DNA from: Paragordius varius
Taxonomy: Eukaryota > Animalia > Nematomorpha
Direction of reading: 5' to 3'
Length of the DNA stretch: 64,000 nucleotides
NCBI GenBank assembly: GCA_964247055.1
Contig: OZ176051.1
Location: forward strand, 11,284,001-11,348,000
Both the position numbers and the translations under genes were made by a program. The notes under the pieces were generated by a model, which saw only the letters and a program-made list of their open reading frames with translations, did not search any database and was not told where the DNA came from. Positions 14,423-27,700 of the stretch are shown here, in pieces; the first letter of the stretch is position 1, and every line of letters starts with the position of its first letter.

Positions 14423-17400
14423 CTGATGTACGGTAGTACGTCTATTACTAACTATATGTATATATTAATGTATATATACAGTAATTACTGAAAATTAATA
14501 TCAAATAATTTAAAATAAATCTTGATGACATGATTGAAGCTATTTTCTAACAAAAAGGTCCCCTGGATTTATTTTGAAATACTTAATATTAATTAATGAT
14601 TTACTATATATATATATATATCATAATATTAATTTAAATATTTTGAAAAAAAATATATCATATATATAAATATATTATTTGCAATTTAGGAAAATCCGGA
14701 TATATAACTAGGGTTGTGCATTTGACTGCTTTTTCAAAAAAGTCCGGTGTCATGACCACTTTTTACTTAATAAGTATCATGCGATATTGGATTGTGAAAA
14801 TAAATAGTCGAATTCGTTTCACTAATAATTTCAAGTTTTTTCTTAAAAGTTTGTATTATACATTTTTTTGATGTTCATTATTTACATATATTTTAAATCA
14901 AATTTAATCTAGAAAATTGTTTTCAAATGAATTTTGCCATATGTTTGTGGCCTTCTCAATCTTCAAATACATGGCTTTACATACTGGATAATTAAAATAA
15001 AATTTTAACTAGTTTGTTTTATATTTTCTCATAATTAAAATATCTAATTATAGGACGTTTTCCATTTTATTAATTCACATATATGGAATTGCATATTTTG
15101 CAAAGTGCTTGATTGTTTTGTTTTACGAAATACCTGGAATATGCTTAAATGCTAATGTTATAAGGATGGATGTTTAACAATTTTTAATATATTGTTAAAT
15201 AAGCATATTTAAATATTTAATTTTTATTTTATAAAAAATCACTAAAAAACAATAAAATGTTACTATCTCTCTTCCAAATATACTAACAATTTTTCAAAAA
15301 ACAGCTGTTTTTTTAAATGACCATGGTCAAAAAATAAATAAACACTGACTTGGTCAGCACAACCCTATATATAACACAAAGGAGGTGCACCAAGCAGTCA
15401 CGTTGGACGATTGCCCCTAAATTTAAAAGTTCCAGTTTTGGTGTATGAGAATTTCATTAAATACTTTGAATACATATTTAAAGAATTTCAAGCTGCATAT
15501 AATGTTAATAATTGGCGTGAACTTTTTTATCATAGCGATTTTGAAGGGTATCCAGATATGACTTAAAAAACAAATAATATGTCTCTTCCTTTCCAAGATA
15601 ATAATATATTGATATTAATTATTTTTTAGAGTTATATTAGTACCGATATTTTTTTGGAAAAAAACTTTTATTCACCGAATGGTAAAGACGTTTTAATCCT
15701 AAAAACTTGCTTGTACACATATATATATTTATTTATTATACTAGATACCGTAGAACCCAGCTGATATGCTTTTGTAATTTCATCACGTTGAGATTTTATA
15801 AATGGGCTATGAGCATATTGGTTATTAGGTAAGAGAGTTTTTTTGGGGGAAAGTCTCCATGCTAGATAATTTAGGTCGAAGCGGCTCACATAAATTCTTG
15901 AATTAAATCTGTCATGATATGTGTATTTATAGTTGATAAAAGGAAAATTAAATTTTACCATTAATCTTATACATCATAAAACTTTTGAGCATAATATGTA
16001 TATTATCATATACAGTGTATTTATTTAGTAGTTAACGGTAAAATGTCGTTTCAAATGTTTATAATAGTATAAATTTCGCCTTAAACACTTGTCTGCATTG
16101 TGGGACATGTTAGAAAAATTTGGCTAATACGTATTTTTAATGAATACAGTAAATAATAAAAATTGGTACATAATAATTTTAAATAAATCCTGATGGCATG
16201 ATATTATTGAAGCATTTTATCTGGATTTATTAAATACTGATATTAATTTTAACGATTTAAAGTCTATTTTTTAAATATCACTTAAATTACCATCCTTTAT
16301 GCAAATTTAAGCTTATGATGCTGTCCATTTTTTTGTAAAATTCGAAACACATCTTAGGGTAAGAAAATAGACGCTGAATAGATAAACTATTTAGTATAGC
16401 AGTATAAAAAATTAAGCAGCATTAATTTTCTGTATAAAACGAAGTATAGCGGGTCGCCCAACACGTTTTTGATACGCAAAAGCGCTATAAAAAATGGTAT
16501 AAAAATGTCCTAGATTACAATCTATAAGTTATATAAATATTGACTCAATATAATTTTTTTTAAAAAAAAATATCAAAGCAGCTGTGAACTATTTGTGTTG
16601 GACATGCCTGATTAAAGCCTCGTTTTATATCTCCAAATTTATATATATAAAAGTTTAAGCAATGAAATAATTTTCCAAGAATTCAAGTTTACTAAGATGC
16701 TATTTCGTATGTAGTTTTTAGTTAATAATTGTTCAAAACTACTTAAAAAACGCATTCTATTTGCATTTTTAAAAATGTTTTAAGGAACATAATAATTCCA
16801 ATTTGATTAAACTTATTATTACACAACAAGTGTTCCATATTGTGCGATATCATTACGTTTTTTGAATTGGTTATTATAAAATTTAAACAATACAAAATTC
16901 CCAACATTATAGCGCTATCAAATGATATATTATCATATTTAAACATCTGCTCATTGCATAATTAAAGTTAAGTGTGAAACATATGTTATTTTAATAAAAA
17001 ACTATACGGAGATCTTTGACGAACACTCTCTGGTAAAAAAACATTGAGATCAATATGTGTAATCATCGTTATTTCACACATACCTGTAAATATTCAAATT
17101 AATTTTCGAAATTCAAAATTATATAACTTACTAGGCTTCAGATGTATCCGTGGTTTATCAACATACAGTGCTATACAAGTGATGTAAAAATTATATTATA
17201 TTATAAAAAATCAAGATTTACACCAATTTACCTTTATATAAGAGATTGAAATAGCAGTTTTTTGGTAAAGAAAAAGCCGTTAAGAGTCTATTGCTCCGCT
17301 TATAAATATTAAATCAATTGAGTTAACCCATGTTTTATTTGAAACTAATTATTGTAAAAAATTAACAAATAAATGATAAAAATTAGATTTTGGAAATACA

Positions 17401-18033
17401 AAAAAATGAAGTAACAAATATGACATATGGAGTAATTAAATCAAAATTAAAATGGAAAAGATACTTTTCCGATAACCGTTCCGGTTTTAAAATTCCCTAA
17501 AACGATTTTGGTTTTAATTATTGGTTTATATATAATTTGTTTTCGTTTTAATCTTTTTTATGTTTTTGTATTGATGCTTAAAAGTTGTAAAAATTAAATT
17601 ATTTAATAATACAACTTCTAAAATCGGGGGTATAATAAAAATATTCAGATTGATTGGGATGTATCTGGATCATGGTGCTTTTGGCTTTGGCTCTTACGAG
17701 TGTATATAAAATAGATACTATAACTTTTCTAGTAACTGCTCAATATAAAATGGCAATATTTGCCCACTTTTTGTATTTTTTGTGAAAGTTAAATGCTTCC
17801 CACCAAAAAATATCAGTATATATTATAAACTACATATAAAAAGCAAAACAATGTTTTCATATTTTAATTTTTACATAGGGACACCGAAAGTTATTTTGCT
17901 CTTCTAAAACAAGCTAGTCTCTTAAAATAAACGCAAAAATGCCGAGAATGCACAATAAATTTTTAAACATATGTTAAATTTTGATTTCCAAAAATAATTA
18001 TTAAACAATAAATTTGTTGAAGTTTACTTCATA

Positions 18034-18640
18034 TACCATTTTCACTTCAAGAGCGTCCTTCACACTTGATGGTTGAACAATTGTGTCCTTGAATACTTCA
18101 AGTTTACACTTCAAATATGTCTTTGAACATTTTAAGTCGGTCCTTTAACTATTTTGATTTGTTTATAACTTTTATCAAATTAAATCGTATACCATTCAGC
18201 TAATTTATCGTTTTAACCTATTTTCTATATTTAACAAAAATTTAAATCATCTCATTCAGACCGTATATCTTTATTAATTTCTTAAAAATTATTTTAGATA
18301 TTTAAAAGATCTTAAGTTATTTAATATATATAGTTTCCTGGGTCAATATTTACAATTTTTCATTAAAAACATTTAGTCAATAATTTTGTTTAATTAGAAA
18401 AAATTAGTTTAAAACAAAAAAGTGAATTTTGAATAAATTTTTATTTTTAAATAATAAATATATGATCTAAAAGAAAAGTTTGAAATTAAGAGAAAAAATT
18501 ATGGATAATATAAGTTAAAAAATTTAAGGTCCAACTTGAGGTGTTAAAAGACAAACTTGAATTCAAGGACTAACTTAAAGTTTTGAAGGGTAGTGTTCAA
18601 GGACCAACATGAAGTATTCAAGGACTCTCTTGAAGTGCAA
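18034..18640. mobile_element. TACC-family MITE (ttgaacacttcaagttggtcc 21-mer subfamily), right tip lost
   Basis: TA|TACCATTTTCACTTCAAGAG left end, inverted 21-mers at 18530-18640, and an interior collinear with 41111-41722. Confidence 0.85.
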
Positions 18641-18657
18641 AAAATAATAATGTATGG

Positions 18658-19920
18658 CATGATGATGTTGTTGTTGTTTGCTAAAGTCGATTCCGACTAA
18701 CTGCAACATTGAAAATATAGCTTCTCCATTCACTGCGATTACCGGATCTGGTGTTTAGTTCGGATAATGATTGGTTGGTTTCTTTGGGATGTTATCCATC
18801 CAACGAGTTCGTCTTCTCCCTCTTTTTCGGGCACCGCTCACTTTCCCCAGCATCAGTGATTTTTCAAGTGAGTTGGATCTCACAATGTGCCCGAAGAAGG
18901 AGAGTTTTTGCCGTATTAAGCTGCCTAGAAGTGACATTTCTGGGTTAATTTTATTTAAATGGTGGTGTTTGAAACTTTGTCTGTCCATTTTGTTTGAAGA
19001 AGTTTCCTCCAAACCCATAATTCGAAAGAGATTTGACGTTCGTCATATTTTTTCAGTGTCCAGCTTTCCCCCCCATACATGAATGTGGGAAAAACTGTTG
19101 CGCTCATTAATCTGATTTTGGTTTGTAGTTTAATGTCATGCGACATCCAAATCCTGTTATATTTAAAAGTTACTGCTTTAGCAATAGCAATTTTTCGCTT
19201 TATTTCTGGCGTAGAGTTGTTCTCACTATTATAATTCTACCTAAGTACGTGTAGCTGCTAACTGTTTCGATCTGGTTGCCGTCGAGGATTATTGGATTGG
19301 TTTGAGCCGGATTTATTTGCATGACTTTTGTTTTTTTAAAATTGATATTTAATCCAAATTTATTGCATTCAGTTGTAAACACTTGCAAGGCTTGCGATAA
19401 TGTGTCTACACTGTCTGCGAATAAGACTGTATCATCCGCGTATGAACGGATGTAAGTAGGTTCCCACCTACGTTGATGCCGTAAGTTTGTGGGATATTTC
19501 TTATAATGCACTCCAGGTATGCGTTAAAAAGAATTGGTGATAAAACGCATCCTACGGAGGCCGACTTGTACCTTACATGAGTCAGATATACCGTGAGGTG
19601 TAGATATTACAGCCGTGGAATTTGAATAAATTGAAAATATGATGTTGATTAAATGTGTTGACACTCCAAGTTGTTTTAGAGCTTTCCGTAGTTTATTGTG
19701 CTGGATGGAATCAAATGCTTTGGAAAAATCGACAAAGCACATATGCAATTCTTTGTTAAATTCGATGTGTTTCTCGATCATCCACCTCATATTACATATC
19801 ATATCTCGGCATCCTGCCTGAATCGTGGATATCTCGGGGTCAAGAATGGAATTTAGTCGAAATTGTATTATTTTTAGAAAAACTTTGGACACCTGGTTTA
19901 TGAGCGCTAGGGTGCGATAT
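18658..19920 (-). mobile_element. 5'-truncated, frameshifted RTE-clade non-LTR retrotransposon
   Basis: RT motifs CFVDFSKAFDS, YADDTVL and NFKKTKVM. C-terminal SLMLGKVSGARKRGRRRTRWMD is typical of the RTE clade. Ends in a (CAA/CAT)n tail at 18658-18680. Confidence 0.9.
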
Positions 19921-21751
19921 AAACACGATTTAACATAGAAACAGTTTTTCTATATTATTTGATGATACTGATAATTTCTATCTCTTTATTATAATCTATA
20001 GGTTCCTTTGCTTTCAAATTTTGGTATATTTTTGTAAAAAAGACAAATATTTAATCTAAATTTGAAGACGAATCACGGATATTTATCAAAATCATGATGC
20101 GGAAAATATTAGTATTATTAAGTTATATAAGCTAAACTACTTTTATAATATTTTAATGTTTTTTACCGTTTTTCTCATGCCCCAAAATAGTATGAATTAT
20201 GCTTCACAAAAATTTTGCTAAAAATAATATTTTTAAAAAAAGTATATATTTTAAAAAAAGTATATGTTTTTAAAAAATATTTTTAGTTGATATAAAAATT
20301 TGCATATATTTAAATTTTTTTATCCCGTGATCTCGGCATTTTGACATGTTTTTTAAGAGAACTACGTTATTTTAGCAGAGCGAAAAATTTAGGACGTTCG
20401 GAAGCCCACATCAAAAATTATTTTTTAAAAAAAAATTGTTGTGAATTTTATATACAGTTAATGATATATTTTAGTGATATATTTTGGAGGCAAGCATTTA
20501 GCTTTCACCAAAAATTTTTTCCGCAACTTTGCAAAGTGATAATATCTTTATATCCACTCGTAACGGCCAAAACCAAAAGCACCATGATAATTCTACATTT
20601 TTTTATCAGAATTTATGTATTTCATCAGGATATTTTGTTGACACTGTGTTATATATATATATATATATATATATTAATAAATTATATGCACTTAAAGTTT
20701 TAATAAACTCAGCTCCAAAATATATAGTTCCTTGGATTGATTAGCGAATTTGTGATAAAAGTTAAATATATAAAATAAATATATTTTTAATCAAATAATA
20801 TGGATCTATCTGTAAAAATAAAAATATTTGTTCCCTCTAAAATTTGTGGACAGTATCCAAACTTTATAGTACTGAGTGATTCGTAACTAATTTAATTATT
20901 AAAAAATCACACGATACAATTAAAATAGTTGAAGGACGTATTTATAATAAAATGAAATATTACAAAAAGTTCTAATATAATTATAAGGCTTAAATCTGTG
21001 AAAATTCATGCTAGAGCAATTACAGACAACCCAAGCTTTACATTAATTTAAAATATGAATGGCCTTTTAAAAAAATAAAGTAACAAAATCTGCCGTCATG
21101 TTCTTACTCTAATCATTATGTTTTCTTCAATCAAACCAAAAAATATGTAAAAAATGCCATAAACTTACTTTGGCCTATTTGGTTATGGATGATCAATAAT
21201 GTTATTGTGATAAAAATGTGTTTGATTGCGGCAACTAACTTCATTTTTTATTGTTAAAAAATCCAAAAAATAGATTAGGTAGATAATTACCACTTATATA
21301 AGCTACTCATATAATTTGGTATTATTAATTGCACCTTATCTCAAGGTAATACAATATACAAAACTCAATCAGATTTCATATAAAAATAATTAATAATTTT
21401 AATTTTCTAAAAGATAAGATAAGGAAACCTTCATAGATAACAAGTTAATAGTTCAAACTGTTAAAATTTAATTACTTTTTTGGGAAAAGACACTATACCT
21501 TTGATGAAAAAAAATGGTGTTAAGAACCGACTGAAATTGTTATAAAATTGTTGACAAATATTTCCACGCCTCTTTAGTTCCTAATAGGTTGGTTAATTGA
21601 GTTTGTAATGTTTGGATCATGACAACACAGTGACATTTTCTAATGGTTTAAACCTAAATATTGTACAAACACAATAATATATATTTTTCAATTTTGGTGA
21701 CATTTACAGTGTTTTGTTGTAAAATATTGCTTCGTCGCTTAATAATGTATA

Positions 21752-24700
21752 ATGGAAAATAATTTTTTATTGCAAAGCTCTAAAAGTCAAGAAAATTCGA
21801 AAAATCGGTTGGAACCGGACAGAATATCTATCAATACTCAGGCTACTTCATTTAACGATGTATTTTCTACCGATAGACCATTGGATGAGAAGGGGTTAAT
21901 AAATTTAATTTTATTAATATAAAATATTAAAAACGCTATTTTTATTGAAAAATTTCTTTGGTCCGTAGTGAGAATAATTAAGTGTATTGTTTAAAAATAA
22001 TCTTTTAATTATAATAAAGGATCGCAGAGATTTTAATTAATTATATTTCTCTTTGGCGCTTAAAACACTTTTAATTTTATTACTAAATATTGCAAATGCC
22101 GTAAAATAACTATCCAGCCTTCACAAAGTTGCGAAGAAAATTATAAGGTCTAATTTGACTCTAAGAATTAAATGATTACCATTTTCCCACAGCCAAAAAA
22201 TATATTTAAATTAAAATTTAATTTATATTTTATGTTTTAAGATGGCGGGATGAAAGACAAGCTTGGGATATTTTTAAAGTTACAAATTCAGAAACACGGT
22301 ATCAGGAATCTCATGCAATGATTAAGTGTATTCAGCAATTGGTTTTGATCTTAGCTCATGGAATTAGTTTTATCCTGGTTTTGGGATCCTCTTTAATGAG
22401 TTACGCGACATTCATATTTATGACATCCAATATAAAGGTAAAGGTTTAATTGTCAAATATATCCATTTTTGTTGAGTATATGCTAAAAAAATTTTTCTCA
22501 TGAAACTATAAAAATATATGTAAACCATTCTCTTGTATATTAAAAATTAATATGCCATGAATAGTTTATTAAATCGATCCAAATTATAATGTTTAAGCCA
22601 GGGGTGTCCAACATACGACCCTGCGATATACTCCAAAATTTTACAAATTCCATGTAAAATTGATTTTATTTAACAAATTTTCTCAATAAATTTTTCCTAA
22701 TTTCGGCAATGAACTTATAGCAAAAATTGTTAAAATAAATATTTGTTTTACACTTTTATGTTAATCAAATAAAATGTTTTTCCATATATTTTGCGAATGC
22801 GGTCGGGCGGTTCTTTGATTCCAAAATAGGGCATGCTAAGTCATTTGTGCTAGATACCCTTGAATTATGTTAGTAACCCCAGAAGGGAGCCAATAGATTT
22901 CAAGTATAAAAAACAAGAAAATTAATGTTTATTTGCACTTAAAACTTAAATATATTGTCCGTTACCATATACCTTCTTCCAAAAACTATTTAGACTTTTT
23001 TGTGTTAACCTTTAAAAGTGATATTTCTTAAATAAAAAAATAATTTTGAGAGGGGAAAATTAGTATTTACGAATTTTTCACGGCCAAAAATATTTTAATT
23101 TTTTAATTGATAATAATTAAGATTTTTAGTCCCAATCTATTCGCTTAACATCTTTTAATTTATACTTCTATGTAAAAATCAAATATGGTGCTAATGGTGT
23201 AAAACTAAAGTCATAAAATCTAAATTTCCTGACGTCCTAATCCCCAGAGGGGAAGTAACTTTATGAAATCGGTCTACATTTTTATAACTGATTATATGGG
23301 CGTTTATGCAATTATGGAATTTATCAATCACCCCAGTGCTAAAAATCCGAATTTGAATAAATGCAGTCTATATGTATATATATATATATATTCTGAAACA
23401 AAAATATATCAACATCTATGGTGGTTTAGTTTTTATTACTCTAGTGTTCCAAAAAATACATTAAGGGAGATAACCGAAAATCAACCCAAACAGGAGAAGG
23501 AAGCTAAAGGCCTCATAAAATTTTTATATGTTTAAATAAATAATCAATTTAAATATTATTTTTTATATGTGGAGCATTTATGTTCTACTGATAATGGGTT
23601 GAAGCTCCACCCCGATAATAATTATTCGTTTGGATTAAAGAAATTTATAAAATAAATATAATTTTCCTTAATCATGTAAGCCCTACCCCAAAGCATAAAC
23701 ATTTAATACTCTATTTATAAAATAGATATTCAGTATATTTGATATGAACCTATTCTACCACTGGGAATCGCTGTTTAAAGTTTTTTATTGTTTGAAAATA
23801 CTATAATCAAACTCATTTTTGTGCGGAAGATGAGATCGCACATATATTTTTTAAGCCATTTTTTTGATTCAGATATTTTAATTATTATTTAAATAGAAAA
23901 AACACCCCTACAAAATAAAAAAATCATCCGGCTACTTTTTCGCTAATGTCTATACCCTCAAAATTTTATCAAATCAATTTATAAAAAAAGAATTGTGACG
24001 GGGAATGGTTCGATATTATGAAAGGGGTAAAACATGGCTATTCCCCTTGCCAATCAATATTCGCGAAACATTTTATGGCAAATTATTTTATATTTTATGA
24101 AACAAAAATAAGGCCTCTTTACGCTTCTTAATATCTAAAATGCACTCTGTATTCAATCACACAATAGCCTATACTATGTGTGATCTTTCTTGTCATTACG
24201 GTTCTGCAAGTTAAAGTATCGAAAAAATTTAAAAACCATATTTATTGATGCCTTCAACATATGTCATTGGAAATTTTGAACATCCTATAGGATAAGGTCT
24301 TGTACCGACTTCATGAAAAGGATAAGCCAAATATATCCCTATGCAATGTGATATTTCATAATTAAATGGATTTTTTAATCACCTATTAAAAATTAACCGT
24401 TTATATCATCATACTTTTGAAAAAAATTTATAAAAAAATCTTAGAGATATCATCACCTTGACAAGGACAGAAACGCATGGAAAACTTTCCAAATAGCTCC
24501 AATGGTCCAGTACGACTATGTGCCAATGAAAATATTTGTTATTACACATTAAGAAAAACTAGCAGAAAATAATGAGTCGTTATTATTTTAAACATCAAAA
24601 AATGGCATCATAAAGAATTTTGCATAAAAAGAGTAGTAGAATCATTTCTTAAAGGTCCGCCAAAAAAGGTTTGAATGAACTATTTCGCTAAAACATTCCA

Positions 24701-27700
24701 GTCTTGGCTAAGAACTCGATTAGATTAGTAGACTTTTCAGATCACAAATAATATCGAATAAAATGACCATCTAATATCTTTTATTTATATTTTATTGCCC
24801 TTTAGAGTTATGAAATGTACATTTTATGAAAAATTGATTTATATTTTAATTGAATTCGCATAGTTTTTACATATTACAAGCTTAATTAAATTACTATTTT
24901 TTGTTTTTTAATTCATAGATGTATAAATCTTCATTAAATGGAGGGCAATACTCCATGGTTAGAATATCAGGTGGAAGTGTTAAACGAGATCCATTAACAT
25001 CTACAAATAAAACAATCACTAAAATGATTTTACCAAAGTAACTTGTTACTTTCTCTTGATGATTTATACGAATTTAGGTGTTATCAAATATTTAAAATAG
25101 ATGGAAATTTATTTGAAAACGTGTTATATAAAAAATAAATAAAAATTGCTTACGGTTTCGGACACTATAGAGGTCCATCCTTAGCCTAAATATAATAAAT
25201 GGAAGTGGATAAAATGATTCTTTATATAAATATTTTTAAACGCTGGGGACGGACATCCTTTATAGTGTCCGAACCATACGCATTTTTTATTTATTTTTTA
25301 TATAATACGTTTTAAATAAATTTCCATATATTTTATACTATTTACGTGTCGAAAATGAATTTTTTGCTACCATCTTATGTAACGATATTCTTATCAATAG
25401 ATTCCTCATACCATACAGTATAAAAATTCCACAATATCTTTCAACCTAAACTATATGTTACTTTTACCCTAGATTTTATGAAATACAATTGTGTAATAAT
25501 ACAAACATCACCAGCCAGCCATATGAATGGTTTGCGGAACCGGGTCCACGGTGGATTTGGGTACTTTTTACGGCCATTAGCTTGCCACAAGTCTTTACCT
25601 TCATTAAAAGCGCTAAGAAAATTGTGTTAAGAAAGCGGACAAAACCAACGCCTATGATATTTGTTTTGGTATACTTAAAACCATAATTATTGAAAACATT
25701 TACAATAAGTTTGAATTGTTTGAACAAATTAGTCCTAATATACTAATCTGTAAGAGGGTATTTATATTAGTTTGATAAAGAAGATGTAAATGTATCATTT
25801 TTTCAATTGTTTTGCACGCATATAAGAATCTAAGAGTCTTATGGCTCATCATTAAAAATAAAAACATTTATATATATAGACATTCTTGGCCGAAACTTTC
25901 CATTCCATTGCCGTAGGAATTATAACTTTTGACATAATGCCAAACATAGATGCCGTTACAGCTTGTATGCTTGCCCCTTCAATATGTTTGATTCCATCTA
26001 TCCTTCAACCACTTTCACGACCACCGGATTGTAGCCAGTATATTCCAAAACTTTTGTTGGACCTAGCTGGTATGCTATGTCAACTCAGTGCACTCATTTA
26101 TTGGATTGCTTTAAGCTTTGACCCAATATATATAAGTTATGGGAAATCAGATCATTGGAAAATAACAGTTGTATTGTTATTGATTTCTTGGGTTTGGTGG
26201 GATAATTACATGGAGAAAAGTAGTAGATTACCATGCGTTGTAAAGCTTGCTCGGTACAAAGATTTAATACGACGGGCTCGGCCCTCTATGCATCTGTTTT
26301 TGAGTTTGTGGAACATCCTTATATACTTTGTCCTTATGATAATATTATCCACAAACTATTATAGCTTAAAGGAGTTATTCAATTTTCAAAGTGTTTTCTA
26401 CTATGAGACTGAAGAAAAAATACTAATTGATAGCACAGATACGGTACGATATATAAATTTTTATAATAATATTCAATGATTTAAGAATTTTTTAATATTA
26501 TTTAGACATTTTTGCCAGTATCAACCCCTAAAATAAAAAGCAGTCCAAATTTATTCAATTTTTCACCAAATTCAAGCACATCTGCCAGAATTAAAAGACA
26601 ATTAACTAAAACAGTGCTAAACACAACACTTAGTCTAGAAACAACAGATTCCTTAGACTCTATAATAGATTCTTTGGATTCAATGTCTGGTTTATTGCAA
26701 TCGGAATCTTTTTTAATGCGGTACAAGGATTGCTTCGTTGTCATGCTTATCAGTGTGGGATCCGCTTTTATCCTCTATTACGTTAGTGCATTCTCTTGCA
26801 AAACAGTCATGCAAAAATTTAGTTTTGCCTTCCCAATTCTTACATCCAATGTTTTGTTGGTATATATAATGATGTTTCTAACCGAATCTCGACTGCTAAA
26901 TCCCTGTTTCATGACAAGCGTTGTCCCAAGCCATTTGTTTTGGAACTTGATTGATTTCAATCCATTTGCGGTTAGAATAAAACCACGGGGAGTGTTTCAT
27001 TCAGCCAATTCCCTGATGGGCTACGCAAACAATCGTTACGATGCCATGGGCAACACTGGATATCTTTGGTTAGTTTGGACACTTTCAATGTTTTGGATTA
27101 CATCTCATATTTGGTATCCAAAGGGGGAAAGATTGGAACAAACTAGCAAACTTTTTACCCTACCCATGTATTGTCCAGTGTTTACAGCCACAAGTTTGCT
27201 ACTTAGCCGAGCTCGAGAAACTACCGAGGGCGAGGTAAAATTTTTGAAAAATTCCAATCCTTTAGTTTATACAAATTTAAAAATATCATTAATAATAATA
27301 AAAATATGGTAAATTAAACATCATTAAAAACAGGGTGTTCGGTGTGCAAAAGTGCTCAAAAACATTTTTAAAAATAAAAAAAAAGTGTAAATACGATTTT
27401 TTAGAAACTATATCATCCAAAATTGGCTAAAATAAATAAAAAATCCACAAATTATCAAAGCGGCGAAGAAATGTGTGTTGGATACTTCTGATTTAAAACT
27501 ATTTGTGGATATAACCATGAAAACATAAAATGGATGAGTGTTGGTTAAATGATGTTACATTAGTTCCATAAGTGCTATAGAAATCGAAATCTTTATTTAT
27601 CAAACTTTTATTTAAAAAAAGCTGCGTAAAAATTAATTTAACTTATAAATAATTGGCCATTTTATTTTAAAACAATTTATATCGTTTTCAATAAAAAACA

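Larger units (their letters stand above)
17640..20650. mobile_element. About 1-kb palindromic repeat (family C) split by a nested MITE and LINE
   Basis: 17640-17960 and 20300-20650 are inverted copies (atcatggtgcttttggc / ccaaaagcaccatgat; aaatgccgag / ctcggcattt). Sequence either side of the 18034-19920 inserts aligns by eye to the uninterrupted copy at 49960-50970. Confidence 0.6.

Noticed and set aside
15500-15550. WRELFY as a photolyase/cryptochrome motif
   Set aside because: Only a short match; the surrounding sequence does not fit the family.
22242-22253. ATG at 22242 as the chitin synthase start
   Set aside because: It is out of frame and stops after three codons. The phase-2 exon at 21752-21894 supplies the start.
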